The notes beneath the pieces are model-generated. The model saw nothing but the letters and a program-made list of their open reading frames with translations, was not told the origin of the DNA and did not search any database. From positions 100,415 through 164,414 of the forward strand of contig NIVC01002524.1 of the NCBI GenBank assembly GCA_002269645.1: a stretch of DNA of 64,000 nt. Direction: 5' to 3'. The position numbers and the translations under genes were made by a program. Shown one piece after another: positions 22,371-35,530 of the stretch. This stretch comes from Macrostomum lignano. Taxonomy: Eukaryota. The first letter of the stretch is position 1. Every line of letters starts with the position of its first letter.

Positions 22371-24037
22371 GTGCAAGGGTAACTAGATGTGTTCAAGGGT
22401 GTCTAGATGACTGCAATGGTGTCTAAATGAGTGCAAGAGTATCAGATGAGTGCGAGGGCATCTAGATGAGTGCAAGGGTATCTAGGTGAGTGCGAGGGTA
22501 TCTAGATGAGTGCAAGGGTATCTAGGTGAGTGCGAGGGCATCTAGATGAGTGAAAGACTATCTGTAGATGAGTGAAAGAGTATCTAGATGAGTGAAAGAA
22601 TATCTAGATAAGTGCAAGGGGATCTAGGTGAGTGCGAGGGTATCTAGATAAGTGCAAGGGGATCTAGGTGAGTGCGAGGGTATCTAGATGAGTGCAAGGG
22701 TATCTAGATGAGTGCAAGGGTGTCTAGATGAGTGCAAGGGTATCTAGATGAGTGAAAGAGTATCTAGATGAGTGAAAGAGTATCTAGATGAGTGAAAGAG
22801 TATCTAGATGAGTGAAAGAGTATCTAGATGAGTGCAAGGGTATCTAGATGAGTGAAAGAGTGTCTAGATGAGTGCAAGGGAATCTAGGTGAGTGCGAGGG
22901 TATCTAGATGAGTGCGAGGGTATCTAGATGAGTGCGAGGGTATCTAGATGACTGCAATGGTGTCTAAATGAGTGCAAGAGTATCAGATGAGTGCGAGGGC
23001 ATCTAGATGAGTGCAAGGGGATCTAGATGAGTGCAAGGGGATCTAGATGAGTGAAAGAGTATCTAGATGAGTGAAAGAATATCTAGATAAGTGTAAGGGG
23101 ATCTAGGTGAGTGCGAGGGTATCTAGATGAGTGCAAGGGTATCTAGATGAGTGCAAGGGTATCTAGGTGAGTGCGAGGGCATCTAGATGAGTGAAAGACT
23201 ATCTGTAGATGAGTGAGAGTATCTAGATGAGTGCGAGGGTATCTAGATGAGTGCGAGGGTATCTAGATGAGTGCGAGGGGATCTAGATGAGTGAAAGAGT
23301 ATCTAGATGAGTGAAAGAATATCTAGATAAGTGCAAGGGGATCTAGGTGAGTGCGAGGGTATCTAGATGAGTGCAAGGGTATCTAGATGAGTGCAAGGGT
23401 ATCTAGGTGAGTGCGAGGGCATCTAGATGAGTGAAAGACTATCTGTAGATGAGTGAGAGTATCTAGATGAGTGCGAGGGTATCTAGATGAGTGCAAGGGG
23501 ATCTAGATGAGTGAAAGAGTATCTAGATGGGTGAAAGAATATCTAGATAAGTGCAAGGGGATCTAGGTGAGTGCGAGGGTATCTAGATGAGTGCAAGGGT
23601 ATCTAGATGAGTGCAAGGGTATCTAGGTGAGTGCGAGGGCATCTAGATGAGTGAAAGACTATCTGTAGATGAGTGAGAGTATCTAGATGAGTGCGAGGGT
23701 ATCTAGATGAGTGCAAGGGGATCTAGATGAGTGAAAGAGTATCTAGATGAGTGAAAGAATATCTAGATAAGTGCAAGGGGATCTAGGTGAGTGCGAGGGT
23801 ATCTAGATGAGTGCAAGGGTATCTAGATGAGTGCAAGGGTATCTAGATGAGTGCAAGGGTATCTAGATGAGTGCAAGGGTATCTAGATGAGTGCAAGGGG
23901 ATCTAGATGAGTGCAAGGGTATCTAGATGAATGCAAGGGTGTCTAGATGAGTTCAAGGGTGTCTAGATGAATGCAAGGGTGTCTAGATGAGTGCAAGGGT
24001 ATCTAGATGAGTGCAAGGGTATCTAGATGAGTGCAAG
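22371..24037. repeat. 20-bp satellite (ATCTAGATGAGTGCAAGGGT), about 83 units, with higher-order structure
   Basis: Direct tandem units; diagnostic variant units recur every 220-240 bp. Confidence 0.97.
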
Positions 24038-24579
24038 CAAGGGTATTATTAGTCGAGGCTTCTTTACCTTGAAACTTTGCGCCCTTCAGGGTAAACGCAA
24101 TGCTGGAGTCCGTCCCACTTGGTTGAAGATGGCAAGCAAGATCCCATTTTGGAGTGACGTATGCTTAGGTTAGATCGATGGTTAGAATGTCACAGTTGCT
24201 CAACTCGCCTATGAAGCCAATTCAGACAATTCAATTGATTAGCGGTCACTGGGATTGCAGATAAGCGGCATTGGATTTTCTGCTGTCACAAAAATATCAA
24301 TCAGTCTCCACTGGAGATGAGGAAATATGGAAATTTTTAGTCAGGGTCACAAAATTTGCCTAGAAATTCATTAACGAAATTGATTTTTTTTCAACTTTAT
24401 TTTATAGTTGGCATAAATTACAGTGGGTGAAGTTTTACCCGAAACAACCTCCGCGTGGCAATTAGCCAATTTGACTTAATCCAGTTAGAAATTTACGCTG
24501 AATGGATAGAGAGAGCTGCAGCTCTGCTAGAATCAGAGGCAGGGCGAAGCCGCAACCCCAGATCGGCTGGAAAAAGTGA

Positions 24580-26912
24580 TGGCGCCCCTTGCAGTAGCTT
24601 TGGCGCATATGGAACTGACGACCGTTGCAGTAGCTTTGGCGCTTATGGAACTGCAACGACCGTTGCAGTAGCTTTGGCGCATATGGAACTGACGACCGTT
24701 GCAGTAGCTTTGGCGCTTATGGAACTGGCTCCCCTTGTAGTAGCTTTGGCGCATATGGAACTGGCGCCCCTTGCAGTAGCTTTGGCGCTTATGGAACTGG
24801 CGCCCCTTGCAGTAGCTTTGGCGCTTATGGAACTGACGACCGTTGCAGTAGCTTTGGCGCTTATGGAACTGACGACCGTTGCAGTAGCTTTGGCGCATAT
24901 GGAACTGACGACCGTTGCAGTAGCTTTGGCGCATATGGAACTGACGACCGTTGCAGTAGCTTTGGCGCATATGGAACTGACGACCGTTGCAGTAGCTTTG
25001 GCGCTTATGGAACTGGCTCCCCTTGTAGTAGCTTTGGCGCATATGGAACTGGCGCCCCTTGCAGTAGCTTTGGCGCTTATGGAACTGGCGCCCCTTGCAG
25101 TAGCTTTGGCGCTTATGGAACTGGCTCCCCTTGTAGTAGCTTTGGCGCTTATGGAACTGGCGCCCCTTGCAGTAGCTTTGGCGCATATGGAACTGACGAC
25201 CGTTGCAGTAGCTTTGGCGCATATGGAACTGACGACCGTTGCAGTAGCTTTGGCGCATATGGAACTGACGACCGTTGCAGTAGCTTTGGCGCATATGGAA
25301 CTGACGACCGTTGCAGTAGCTTTGGCGCCTATTGAAAATGGCTCCCCTTGTAGTAGCTTTGGCGCATATGGAACTGGCTCCCCTTGCAGTAGCTTTGGCG
25401 CTTATGGAACTGGCGCCCCTTGCAGTAGCTTTGGCGCTTATGGAACTGGCTCCCCTTGTAGTAGCTTTGGCGCTTATGGAACTGGCGCCCCTTGCAGTAG
25501 CTTTGGCGCATATGGAACTGACGACCGTTGCAGTAGCTTTGGCGCTTATGGAACTGGCGCCCCTTGTAGTAGCTTTGGCGCATATGGAACTGGCGCCCCT
25601 TGAAGTAGCTTTGGCGCTTATGGAACTGGTTCCACTTGAAGTAGCTTTGGCGCTTATGGAACTGGCGCCCCTTGAAGTAGCTTTGGCGCTTATGAAACTG
25701 GTTCCACTTGAAGTAGCTTTGGCGCTTATGGAACTGGCGCCCCTTGAAGTAGCTTTGGCGCATATGGAACTGGTTCCACTTGAAGTCGCTTTGGCGCTTA
25801 TGGAACTGGCGCCCCTTGAAGTAGCTTTGGCGCTTATGGAACTGGCGCCCCTTGAAGTAGCTTTGGCGCTTATGGAACTGGCGCCCCTTGAAGTAGCTTT
25901 GGCGCTTATGGAACTGGTTTCACTTGAAGTAGCTTTGGCGCTTATGGAACTGGCGCCCCTTGCAGTAGCTTTGGCGCTTATGGAACTGGTTCCACTTGAA
26001 GTAGCTTTGGCGCTTATGGAACTGGCGCCCCTTGAAGTAGCTTTGGCGCTTATGGAACTGGCGCCCCTTGCAGTAGCTTTGGCGCATATGGAACTGACGA
26101 CCGTTGCAGTAGCTTTGGCGCTTATGGAACTGACGACCGTTGCAGTAGCTTTGGCGCTTATGGAACTGGCTCCCCTTGTAGTAGCTTTGGCGCATATGGA
26201 ACTGGCGCCCCTTGCAGTAGCTTTGAAGCTTATGGAACTGGCGCCCCTTGCAGTAGCTTTGGCGCTTATGGAACTGGCTCCCCTTGTAGTAGCTTTGGCG
26301 CTTATGGAACTGACGACCGTTGCAGTAGCTTTGGCGCATATGGAACTGACGACCGTTGCAGTAGCTTTGGCGCATATGGAACTGGCGCCCCTTGTAGTAG
26401 CTTTGGCGCTTATGGAACTGGCGCCCCTTGAAGTAGCTTTGGCGCTTATGGAACTGGTTCCACTTGAAGTAGCTTTGGCGCTTATGGAACTGGCGCCCCT
26501 TGAAGTAGCTTTGGCGCTTATGGAACTGGTTCCACTTGAAGTAGCTTTGGCGCTTATGGAACTGGCGCCCCTTGAAGTAGCTTTGGCGCTTATGGAACTG
26601 GCGCCCCTTGAAGTAGCTTTGGCGCTTATGGAACTGGTTCCACTTGAAGTAGCTTTGGCGCTTATGGAACTGGCGCCCCTTGAAGTAGCTTTGGCGCTTA
26701 TGGAACTGGCGCCCCTTGAAGTAGCTTTGGCGCTTATGGAACTGGTTCCACTTGAAGTAGCTTTGGCGCTTATGGAACTGGCGCCCCTTGAAGTAGCTTT
26801 GGCGCTTATGGAACTGGCGCCCCTTGCAGTAGCTTTGGCGCTTATGGAACTGGCGCCCCTTGAAGTATCTTTGGCGCTTATGGAACTGGCGCCCCTTGCA
26901 GTAGCTTTGGCG
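24580..26912. repeat. 36-bp minisatellite (GTAGCTTTGGCGCWTATGGAACTG plus a 12-nt variable segment), about 65 copies
   Basis: Direct tandem units; they explain the ORFs 24455..26945. Confidence 0.97.
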
Positions 26913-27050
26913 CCTCTGTTACTGGCGCACAGTCAAATTAAATAGCGCCATGGTTGTGAGGCGCGGTGCATCTGAAGGCTGCGTACGGCTGTTCAGTCCA
27001 AGGACTGGGAGGTCGCCACACACCCTCAATTACCCCAGCTAATGCTGGCA

Positions 27051-27190
27051 CCCATTTTACAGCTGGGTGAATTGAAGCAATACAGAGTTAAGTGTCTTGC
27101 TCAAGGAAACAAATCGTTCCAGTGGGATCGGGAATCGAACCCCCCAACCTTCAAGTCGTGAGTCCGACTCACTAACCCCTAGGCTACAAC
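27051..27190 (+). mobile_element. CORE-SINE / L2-tail-like fragment
   Basis: CCCATTTTACAGCTGGGTGAATTGAAGCAATACAGAGTTAAGTGTCTTGCTCAAGG...GGAATCGAACCC resembles the MIR CORE consensus as recalled from memory. Confidence 0.6.
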
Positions 27191-28877
27191 CCTCTTTAGT
27201 GTTTTAGCACTAAAATGACAATGTGTCACTTCCCTTGCTGTGATGCAAAGGTTTAAAGGTGCGAAATTGTCAAGTAAGTGCTAAAAAACTGAAAACAAAA
27301 CTTCCTATGAAGTGTCTCGATAATGCGTTGTGAATTAATTGTGAAAAACCTCGCTCCAGTGAATTAATTATTGACGAATTGTGAGTTTAGCGTCTTTTAA
27401 TCTTTAGTTCCCCATGCTTGAGTCTAATATAGGACGCTGAACTGCTCGATTTCTCAGTCGCACAAGTTGAATCGGCATGGCAGGGCAGAATGCACTGTCG
27501 AGAATGACGAGAACTGCCCGAGTTTGAGTGCCGCCAGCTCCCGAGTTTGGCCGGACTGCGAGAGCGATCGAGCGACCGCCTCCCCCTTCCCCAGGCCCCT
27601 GACTTCTCCTCTTCGGCCGCCACAAACAGCCGGGCCGGCAGCAGCTAGTGGCGGCAGGCTCAGTGCCGAGCCGGGGGGGGGGGCTTTGCGATTTGGATCA
27701 AGTTCTGCATAATAATTGATGCAATGAGCTTCTCCAGGGGACGGGAATTCGATGGGAACACACACAGACACACACACAGGGAGAATCGGATGAGGACGCA
27801 GAAACGGTCCGCCAGAGCTTCCCTCCGGGGCCGAACTAAATTGTCTGAAATTATCCCGACGCATAGAAAACCTCGCGCAGTCCGCCAGCAACGCCGAGCT
27901 CCGAGCGCCAGCGCGCCGTGTCGAAAAGGCCGATGGGTTCAGTGGGCTACAGCTGCTTTCATCTTTCCAGCTAGCTGCAAAAGATGCAATACGCGTCTTA
28001 GCTAAAATGGATTGCAGTTAGCTCGCGGCGGCTGCGGCTTCTTTGGGCAAATGAGACCGCTTTTTCAATTTCCGCTCTCGGTACATAGGCGGTCCCTCCG
28101 TTTTAGGGGCCTGGATTCTAGCGATATCGCTACTCTAAAAAAGCAACAGAAAAAGAGCCAGCCGGGTCTGATCCAAATTTTTTTAGCCCAGATGAAGGCG
28201 GGGAAAGACCGGCCTGAAGGGTAGAGTGGGATGCGCAGAGAGGAAGCTGGGGGCGGCGCTGACAAATCTAGCTGAACCAACTTCGAGGTTGCACTTTGTC
28301 AGCTCTCTGCCCCTCCCTAGTAGCGCTTTGCCCCCGAACTGGCTGGCTGGCTGTGTTTCAATGCGTTTTGGCTTAACCTTAGGGGCGAATAAATTCGCCA
28401 TATACCAGGCAGCTGGCAGTAGCGCTCTCAACACCCAGCCGCAGTTTCTAGTATACTCCCTCTGGGGCCTGTGCTCTTTACCCATCTCTGCATCAGTTTC
28501 GCCAGTGCTCCACTCTGCCCAGATGCTTGCAAGGATCTGACGCGCAATTTTCTTTGCCGGAGCAAACCGCGCACACAGCAGTGGCTTGGCTGCAGCGCCA
28601 ATAGTCACTAATGGTCACTTACCCGCATTATCATATAGACTATAGACTTTCGGTTGATCATTATGTAACGCCATTAAGTCACGCCATTAAGTAACGCTGC
28701 AGTGTCTTCGTGCCATAGATATTGGCTCGGCAGTGAGCAGGGTCAAGGGAGCGCAGCCGCAGTAATCGGACCATAGACAATTTTTTAGAACACAGTTCTC
28801 TGAAAGAAAAGCTCGACCATGAAGTCTGTTAGGAAGTTAAGAACTAGAAGCAAGAAGCGAGAGAAATCGAATTAAAA

Positions 28878-29688
28878 ATGCCTCTTATCAACTGGAAAAA
28901 TCTACCGGTCGACAGTTTAGATGGCGTCTCGTCTACTGAACTAGATTTTCTGAGTGAACTGAGCGCCGTGAACCACAGTTCCGATGAAATTCTTGGAGAT
29001 TTTATCGACTACCTGTCTAAAATCGAGACGGCTGATGAGGCCGCTGCGGTTTCTAGTGTCGAGCTTCCAGAACTATCTGATTTACCTAGTGCGATGGATG
29101 TTGTCGAACTGGAGTCACTGCCGAGCACTACACGAGAACACATGTTTCTGTATGGCAAAATGTTCGTGGAGTTTTTAAAGAAGCATGGTGCTGTGGATGT
29201 GAGCGTGATCAGTGACAGTCGCTTGGCCGAATTTTTAAGGTTCTTTTACTTCTGTCTAAAAAAATCTGACGGCAGTTGCTATTCGCCAGCTACGTTGGTC
29301 TGCATTCGTGCTGGAGTGCAGAGGTACTTGACTCTCGTGCTGAAGCGTCGAACAAATATTATTTCCAGTGACGAGTTCGCCACTGCCAACCGGATGCTAC
29401 GAGTAAAGGTGCGGCATTTTCATGCTGATGGAGGCACTGTCAATCAGCACGAGCCAATAGACGAAGGTGATAATGCGTGCTTATTTTGACCATTCTACAG
29501 CTGAACGGTTGCAAGATGAAGTACTATTTACGCTGCTGTATGTCCTGGGCGAGAGAGGTCAAGAACACCTGCCAAGTCTAAAGCAAGTTGGCACGCTCCA
29601 AGAAGAAGTCGACGCTGATGGGAATCCATATCTTGCGTTGCCGCCGTTAAAGACAAAAACGATTCTATGGCAATTTATCGTGACTTAA
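28878..29688 (+). pseudogene. Crypton-type (DUF3504 / ZMYM-QRICH1-KCTD1-like) tyrosine-recombinase relic, frameshifted near 29470 and truncated
   Basis: LRFFYFCLKKSDGSCYSPATLVCIRAGVQRYL...IISSDEFATANRML...HEPIDEGD, then in another frame YFDHSTAERLQDEVLFTLLYVLGERGQE; this matches the Crypton recombinase N-terminal pattern. Confidence 0.7.
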
Positions 29689-30936
29689 CAGCTTAAAAAA
29701 AATGCATTAAAAAACGATAGTCTATATGATAATGGTTATCAGTAATTAATAAAGAGTGCAAAAAACGGGGCCAGCGCCAATTCTGTGGTGTAATACGCAG
29801 ATAGCTACTGAGGAAAACCGAACCCTTACATTGTGCTCCTGTTCTTCCATGCGGCCAGTCTAATTTGCATACATTTTGCTCTCTTAGCCACTTAATTGGT
29901 TTCACTTCTGGTTTAGTAGAGAATTCTGCCCGAGCAGAATTTGCTTTCCACTTGCGCAGTTGGAGGAGTGGCCAAGGAAACTGATATTACACACACACTG
30001 CTCAAGCACCAAGCGATCAGGAACCGCTATTCGGGACTCGCAGTTCAGAATGCGACTTCCCACACAGTATGACCATATAGAGGAAAGGGTAGAGTGCAAG
30101 CTGTTTACCCAACTCCTTAATTAGTCCGTCGTCCCCTGTCTAGTCCTGATGCCCTCTTTCCTTACTAGCTCAACAGCTCAACGCAGGACGCAGGGATCCG
30201 CAGTCAGTCTGATGAGCGCCCTGCATCCCCGCTGATGCCAATCACCCTCGTGGACTCTGGCAAACACAGCTCCCTCCGACCGGAATCGGAGTCTTACCTC
30301 CCTGCCCCGACTATCAGCTGAAAAAACTTGCCCTATTTTTTCATAGCAACGGCAACGGGAGGAGGGCGAATGGCGCATCCCCAATCACCGGAGCCCCCTC
30401 ATGCGTAGACGTCGCCACCCGGCCCCATCCCTCGAATCGGGATTTATTGCACGGACAGGGGCGGACCCCCCCTCCCCCCCTACTTCCCGACTGCTGCTGC
30501 CCCGTCTCTCGCGCGGCCCCAACTAGCAACTTTGCAGCTCCCCTGACTCTGAATTCCCATTCCGTTTACACGCGCGAGCCAACCAATTGCGCCTGCGAAA
30601 GGCCCCAATACTCGCTGCTCCCCTGCCCCCCTCCCCTCCCTGTCTCTATCCAAAAATAGTCCAGCGCTGACATTTGTGCGCCACAGTACAAATAGTTACC
30701 CGCCAGCCGCGCCTCCCCAACCTCCCTCTTCACCAGGCTGCCGCTGCAGCTCCCTCCGTACAACAAGGCGTCTGAACCCCCCTTATTTATCAGGATCAGC
30801 TCCGCCTTAGCGCTTCAGCTGATTCCTGTCCGAGCTCCTCTGCAAGCCGTGGCCCCGACAGGTAGAGCGCTGCCGGAGCTCCCTGCGTCTCCGATCTAAC
30901 GGTTCGCATCCGCCCAGCCGCGCCTCCTTCACTCCA

Positions 30937-31791
30937 TTGGGAGCGACGGGTCCGCGCAGTCTCTCTGGCAGCCCTGGATCGGGGAGTCGAACCCGGGCCA
31001 GCCGCAAGACGGGGACCCGAGCAGCGTCAGCCGCCGCAGCAGCCGCAGCAGCCGCCGCAGCCGCAGCAGCATCGGCCGTTGAAGCTGACGACGCAGCCGC
31101 TTCAGCGTCAGCAGCAGCAGCAGCTACGGTCGAGTCGCCAGTATCAGCCAGGGTCGGCCTCAGCGGCGTCAGAGGAGGAGGCGTCAGCAGCAACGTCGGT
31201 AGCACCAGCAGCGTCGTCAGCGGAAGTGGCCACAGTGGCAGCGGCGGAGGTGGCAGCGTCGGCGCCGGCGACAGCGGTAGCAGCATCAACGGGCTCGCCT
31301 TTCTGGGCGAATCCACGTCGCCTGCGACTTCGTCTGCACCCCGGCCAACAGCTGCGGCAGCCGCAGCGGCCGCCGCAATCACGTGGCAACCGTGGATGGT
31401 CCACGTGATCATCAGCGCACTGTGCCTGCTGCTCCTCGCCATCAGCTTCGCCGCCTATCACAGGAAGCGCCGAAAAGTGGCGGTCGCCAAGCAGCACCGG
31501 CTATGGAAGCGGGGCGCCAAGCTGCGCATGATGTCCAGCGCGGTCGGCATCACCCAGTCGCTCGGCCTTCACTTCACCAACGACATCAACGCCATCGCGG
31601 GCTCCGGGCAGCTCGACTTTCTCACCAGAGAGGCCTTGGACAGCTCCAACTTCAGCGGCGACTTCGGCGTCCCGTTTGGTGGAGCCGGCGGCCTGACAGC
31701 CGGGGCCCTCGACCCCGGCAAGAAAAAGGGCGGCCTGCTCATGTTCGACTTTCGCAAGCAGTCGACAAGGGCCTCAGGTGGGACCGGCTGA
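30937..31791 (+). CDS. Probable terminal exon of an unidentified single-pass membrane protein (Ala/Ser/Gly-rich stalk, TM segment, basic stop-transfer)
   Basis: TM segment WMVHVIISALCLLLLAISFAAY followed by HRKRRK; GC-rich, coding-like composition. There is no ATG before the TM, so an upstream exon would be needed and none was located. Confidence 0.5.
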   Translation: MGATGPRSLSGSPGSGSRTRASRKTGTRAASAAAAAAAAAAAAAASAVEADDAAASASAAAAATVESPVSARVGLSGVRGGGVSSNVGSTSSVVSGSGHSGSGGGGSVGAGDSGSSINGLAFLGESTSPATSSAPRPTAAAAAAAAAITWQPWMVHVIISALCLLLLAISFAAYHRKRRKVAVAKQHRLWKRGAKLRMMSSAVGITQSLGLHFTNDINAIAGSGQLDFLTREALDSSNFSGDFGVPFGGAGGLTAGALDPGKKKGGLLMFDFRKQSTRASGGTG

Positions 31792-32499
31792 GTCCCGCAG
31801 CCGCCTTAACTCCCTGCTCGCCCGTCTGTCGAAAATTCCCCACAGTTTTGACCTGTCTGTATCCCACTTCCTTGCCTTTTCAATTCTGTTCCTTCGCATT
31901 CTTCATCGGTATTGACGCTCGTTGTTAGGGAAGTCTTTCTGGTTCGAAGACTATTTAGAGGTCAGTGAGCTGGCTATTGGCTATAATGTAGATCAAATGT
32001 AATGAATAAAATGTTTAACGTCAAGTATTCGCTTGAGGGTTTTAACTTTCGTTTTTAACTTGCGGGTCCCATTTAGCCAGATTAAACGTTTTATCTTCGC
32101 TGACTCTTCTCAGCCTCTCCGGAGCTGCTCGAATCTTTTTCCTCTCTCTCGGTGCACTCACGTTGATTAATGATTACCTGTTTTACCATGCAATATTTGA
32201 AACACTTGTTGACATGCCTTTCTTAGATTGAACACTTTTTGGCGAGCCGCTAAATTTATCTTTAATTTTGCTTTTTCCCCAACACAAAGCGTGTTCTTAA
32301 TGCCCGCATTAGCCCAATCGAGCGTTGGGGTGCCTGCAGTGTGCGTTGGAGTGAGGCTGCCACCCGCTTTGAGAATTCCGGCCTTACATGTAGCACCACC
32401 CGCCCAGACGCTTCTCTTTGCCTCCAGAGTGCTGCAGGTTCGACAAACCTTTTTTTACCTCAAGGGCCAGATGGAGAACCTACGGGTCAGAGGAGGGGA

Positions 32500-32660
32500 G
32501 AGAGGAGAGGAGAGAGGAGAGGAGAGAAAAGATATAAGAGAGACGAGAGCTGAGAAGAGACCCAAACCTTGAGCGAGCCGGATTGCTATTGTGAGTTTCA
32601 AAGGACCAGAGGACCCGATAGAGAGAGGCTTCGCGGGCTGCACGTGTTTGGCGACCCCTG
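32500..32660 (+). repeat. Dispersed repeat fragment (GA-rich tract plus conserved flank); second copy at 43170-43340
   Basis: Both copies share GAGAAGAGAC..AAACCTT.AG.G.GC.GGATTGCTAT.GTGA.GT.TCAAAG.ACC.GAGG.CC.GATAGAGA. Confidence 0.65.
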
Positions 32661-34222
32661 CTTTGGACCATCGCTGTCCTCAGTTTTGAATCTGTGCCAG
32701 TAGTTGAATTTGAACTACTTGAAAGGCACAAGAGACTACTTGCAGTCTGGCATCCGAAATGGTAAGTGCGCTGTGCTCTTCATCGACCATTCTCCCTTGA
32801 TTAATCCTTGCCTATTTTATTTTTACCTGGATTAACTGTCTCTGTCGTTTTTAAAACTCATTCTAAATCTCTCTCAGTCTTGAGCATAGACTATGCACCT
32901 CCCCTCACATCCTTAGCTGTCTCAGGCCTGCGCTGAGTATCTGCGTGTACAGCCGATCGTTCGTTGCAGTGATTTCTATTGGCGAAGATTGACCTTATTT
33001 GCACTGAATGCATCAGTTATTCTGTTCCTGATTGTTGGATCTGTGTCTCTATTAAATAAAGTATTTATCTGCAAAAAGATCGCTTTGTGAAAAATTGCTA
33101 GTAAGAAATTTATTTTCAATTCCCGGCTATGATAGGAGAGATCAAAGGGCTTGCCGCTGTCTGCGGCCCCTCATTATCTGATAGCGAGTCCGCTTATTTC
33201 TCAAGCAACACCGCGCCTTGCTTATCAGTGCAGCCAGCGATGCTATATATTCATAACTTCTATTTATTATCTATAATGAATATAAATATAATTTACTTTT
33301 TCTATAACTTTCTCACTCAGTCAAGATATATATTTCTATAAATATTTTACTCCGTAAATAAAAACAGAACGACAGCGACATGTTTCTCTCTCAAATTGAA
33401 AATCATCGAGACATGATGCATCTTGAACGATATGACGCTTATTAACCTGGCAGTCTTCCGGCTTAAAACCGCAGCTTACTGCTTGCTGGCTGCAGATGAG
33501 TGCCAAAAACCCATCTAAAGGCTTCAGCAACTTAATTTCGCTGCTTTTATCTGCTTTCAAACTGTAGACTCGCCAGTCATACTCATACATTGGGTCAGTA
33601 ACAGTAACTGTGCATTACAGCTGAGACGCTTAGCTGGCAAAGCAGAAGAGCATGCGAATCCAGCAGCAAGTTGAGACAACAGAAGGCTGCAGACACACTG
33701 CACTGAGCATACGGGACCAACAATCCGACACTCAGTGGGCTCAGAGCCTCAGACTCGGGCTTCCCCGTCATTTGCAAACAGGTTGGTTTTCTCGTTCGCC
33801 GGTCCACCCTGTACGACAGCTTTGGCGCCTCGCCAACCCCGATGCAGTTCGCCAAGAGTGCAGGGGCCGCCACTCGATTCGGCGGTGGCGGTGGCGTGGA
33901 CTCAACCTGTGAGTAACTAGTGTCTTCAGCATAGTTTCCTGTACATTTTCCAACTGATCTTACTTTTATCTTTGTAGAGGCTTGTTGAGCAGCTGTAGTG
34001 TGCACACCGAACTATTTCGAGCCTGGTTTGTCTTTCGATACAGCCCATTGTATAGAAGTACTCTCACCTTCACTAAATTATTTGTTTTTGCTTTGGAGCT
34101 TTGCTGATGGTAAATTTAGAAATCAGATTTTTATCAATTTCAAAGCGTCATTTGTTGATTCGTCGTTACAGTTCGTACATGTGCATAACCTTAATTATGA
34201 AAACTACGAAAGATAATTATGA

Positions 34223-35530
<1,308 letters not shown>

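Noticed and set aside
24580-26912. CRISPR-like array (constant repeat plus variable segment)
   Set aside because: The variable parts are only 12 nt and reuse about five related variants; the context is eukaryotic with no cas genes.
27120-27190. tRNA gene (GGAATCGAACCC, reverse T-loop-like); similar motif at 57500-57570
   Set aside because: No full cloverleaf could be built; the motif fits a SINE/L2 tail.
27387-28608. Cluster of short GC-rich ORFs on both strands
   Set aside because: No recognisable domains or consistent splice structure; possibly promoter or UTR sequence.
33336-34005. Possible decayed transposase ORFs
   Set aside because: No catalytic motif, TIR or TSD could be identified.
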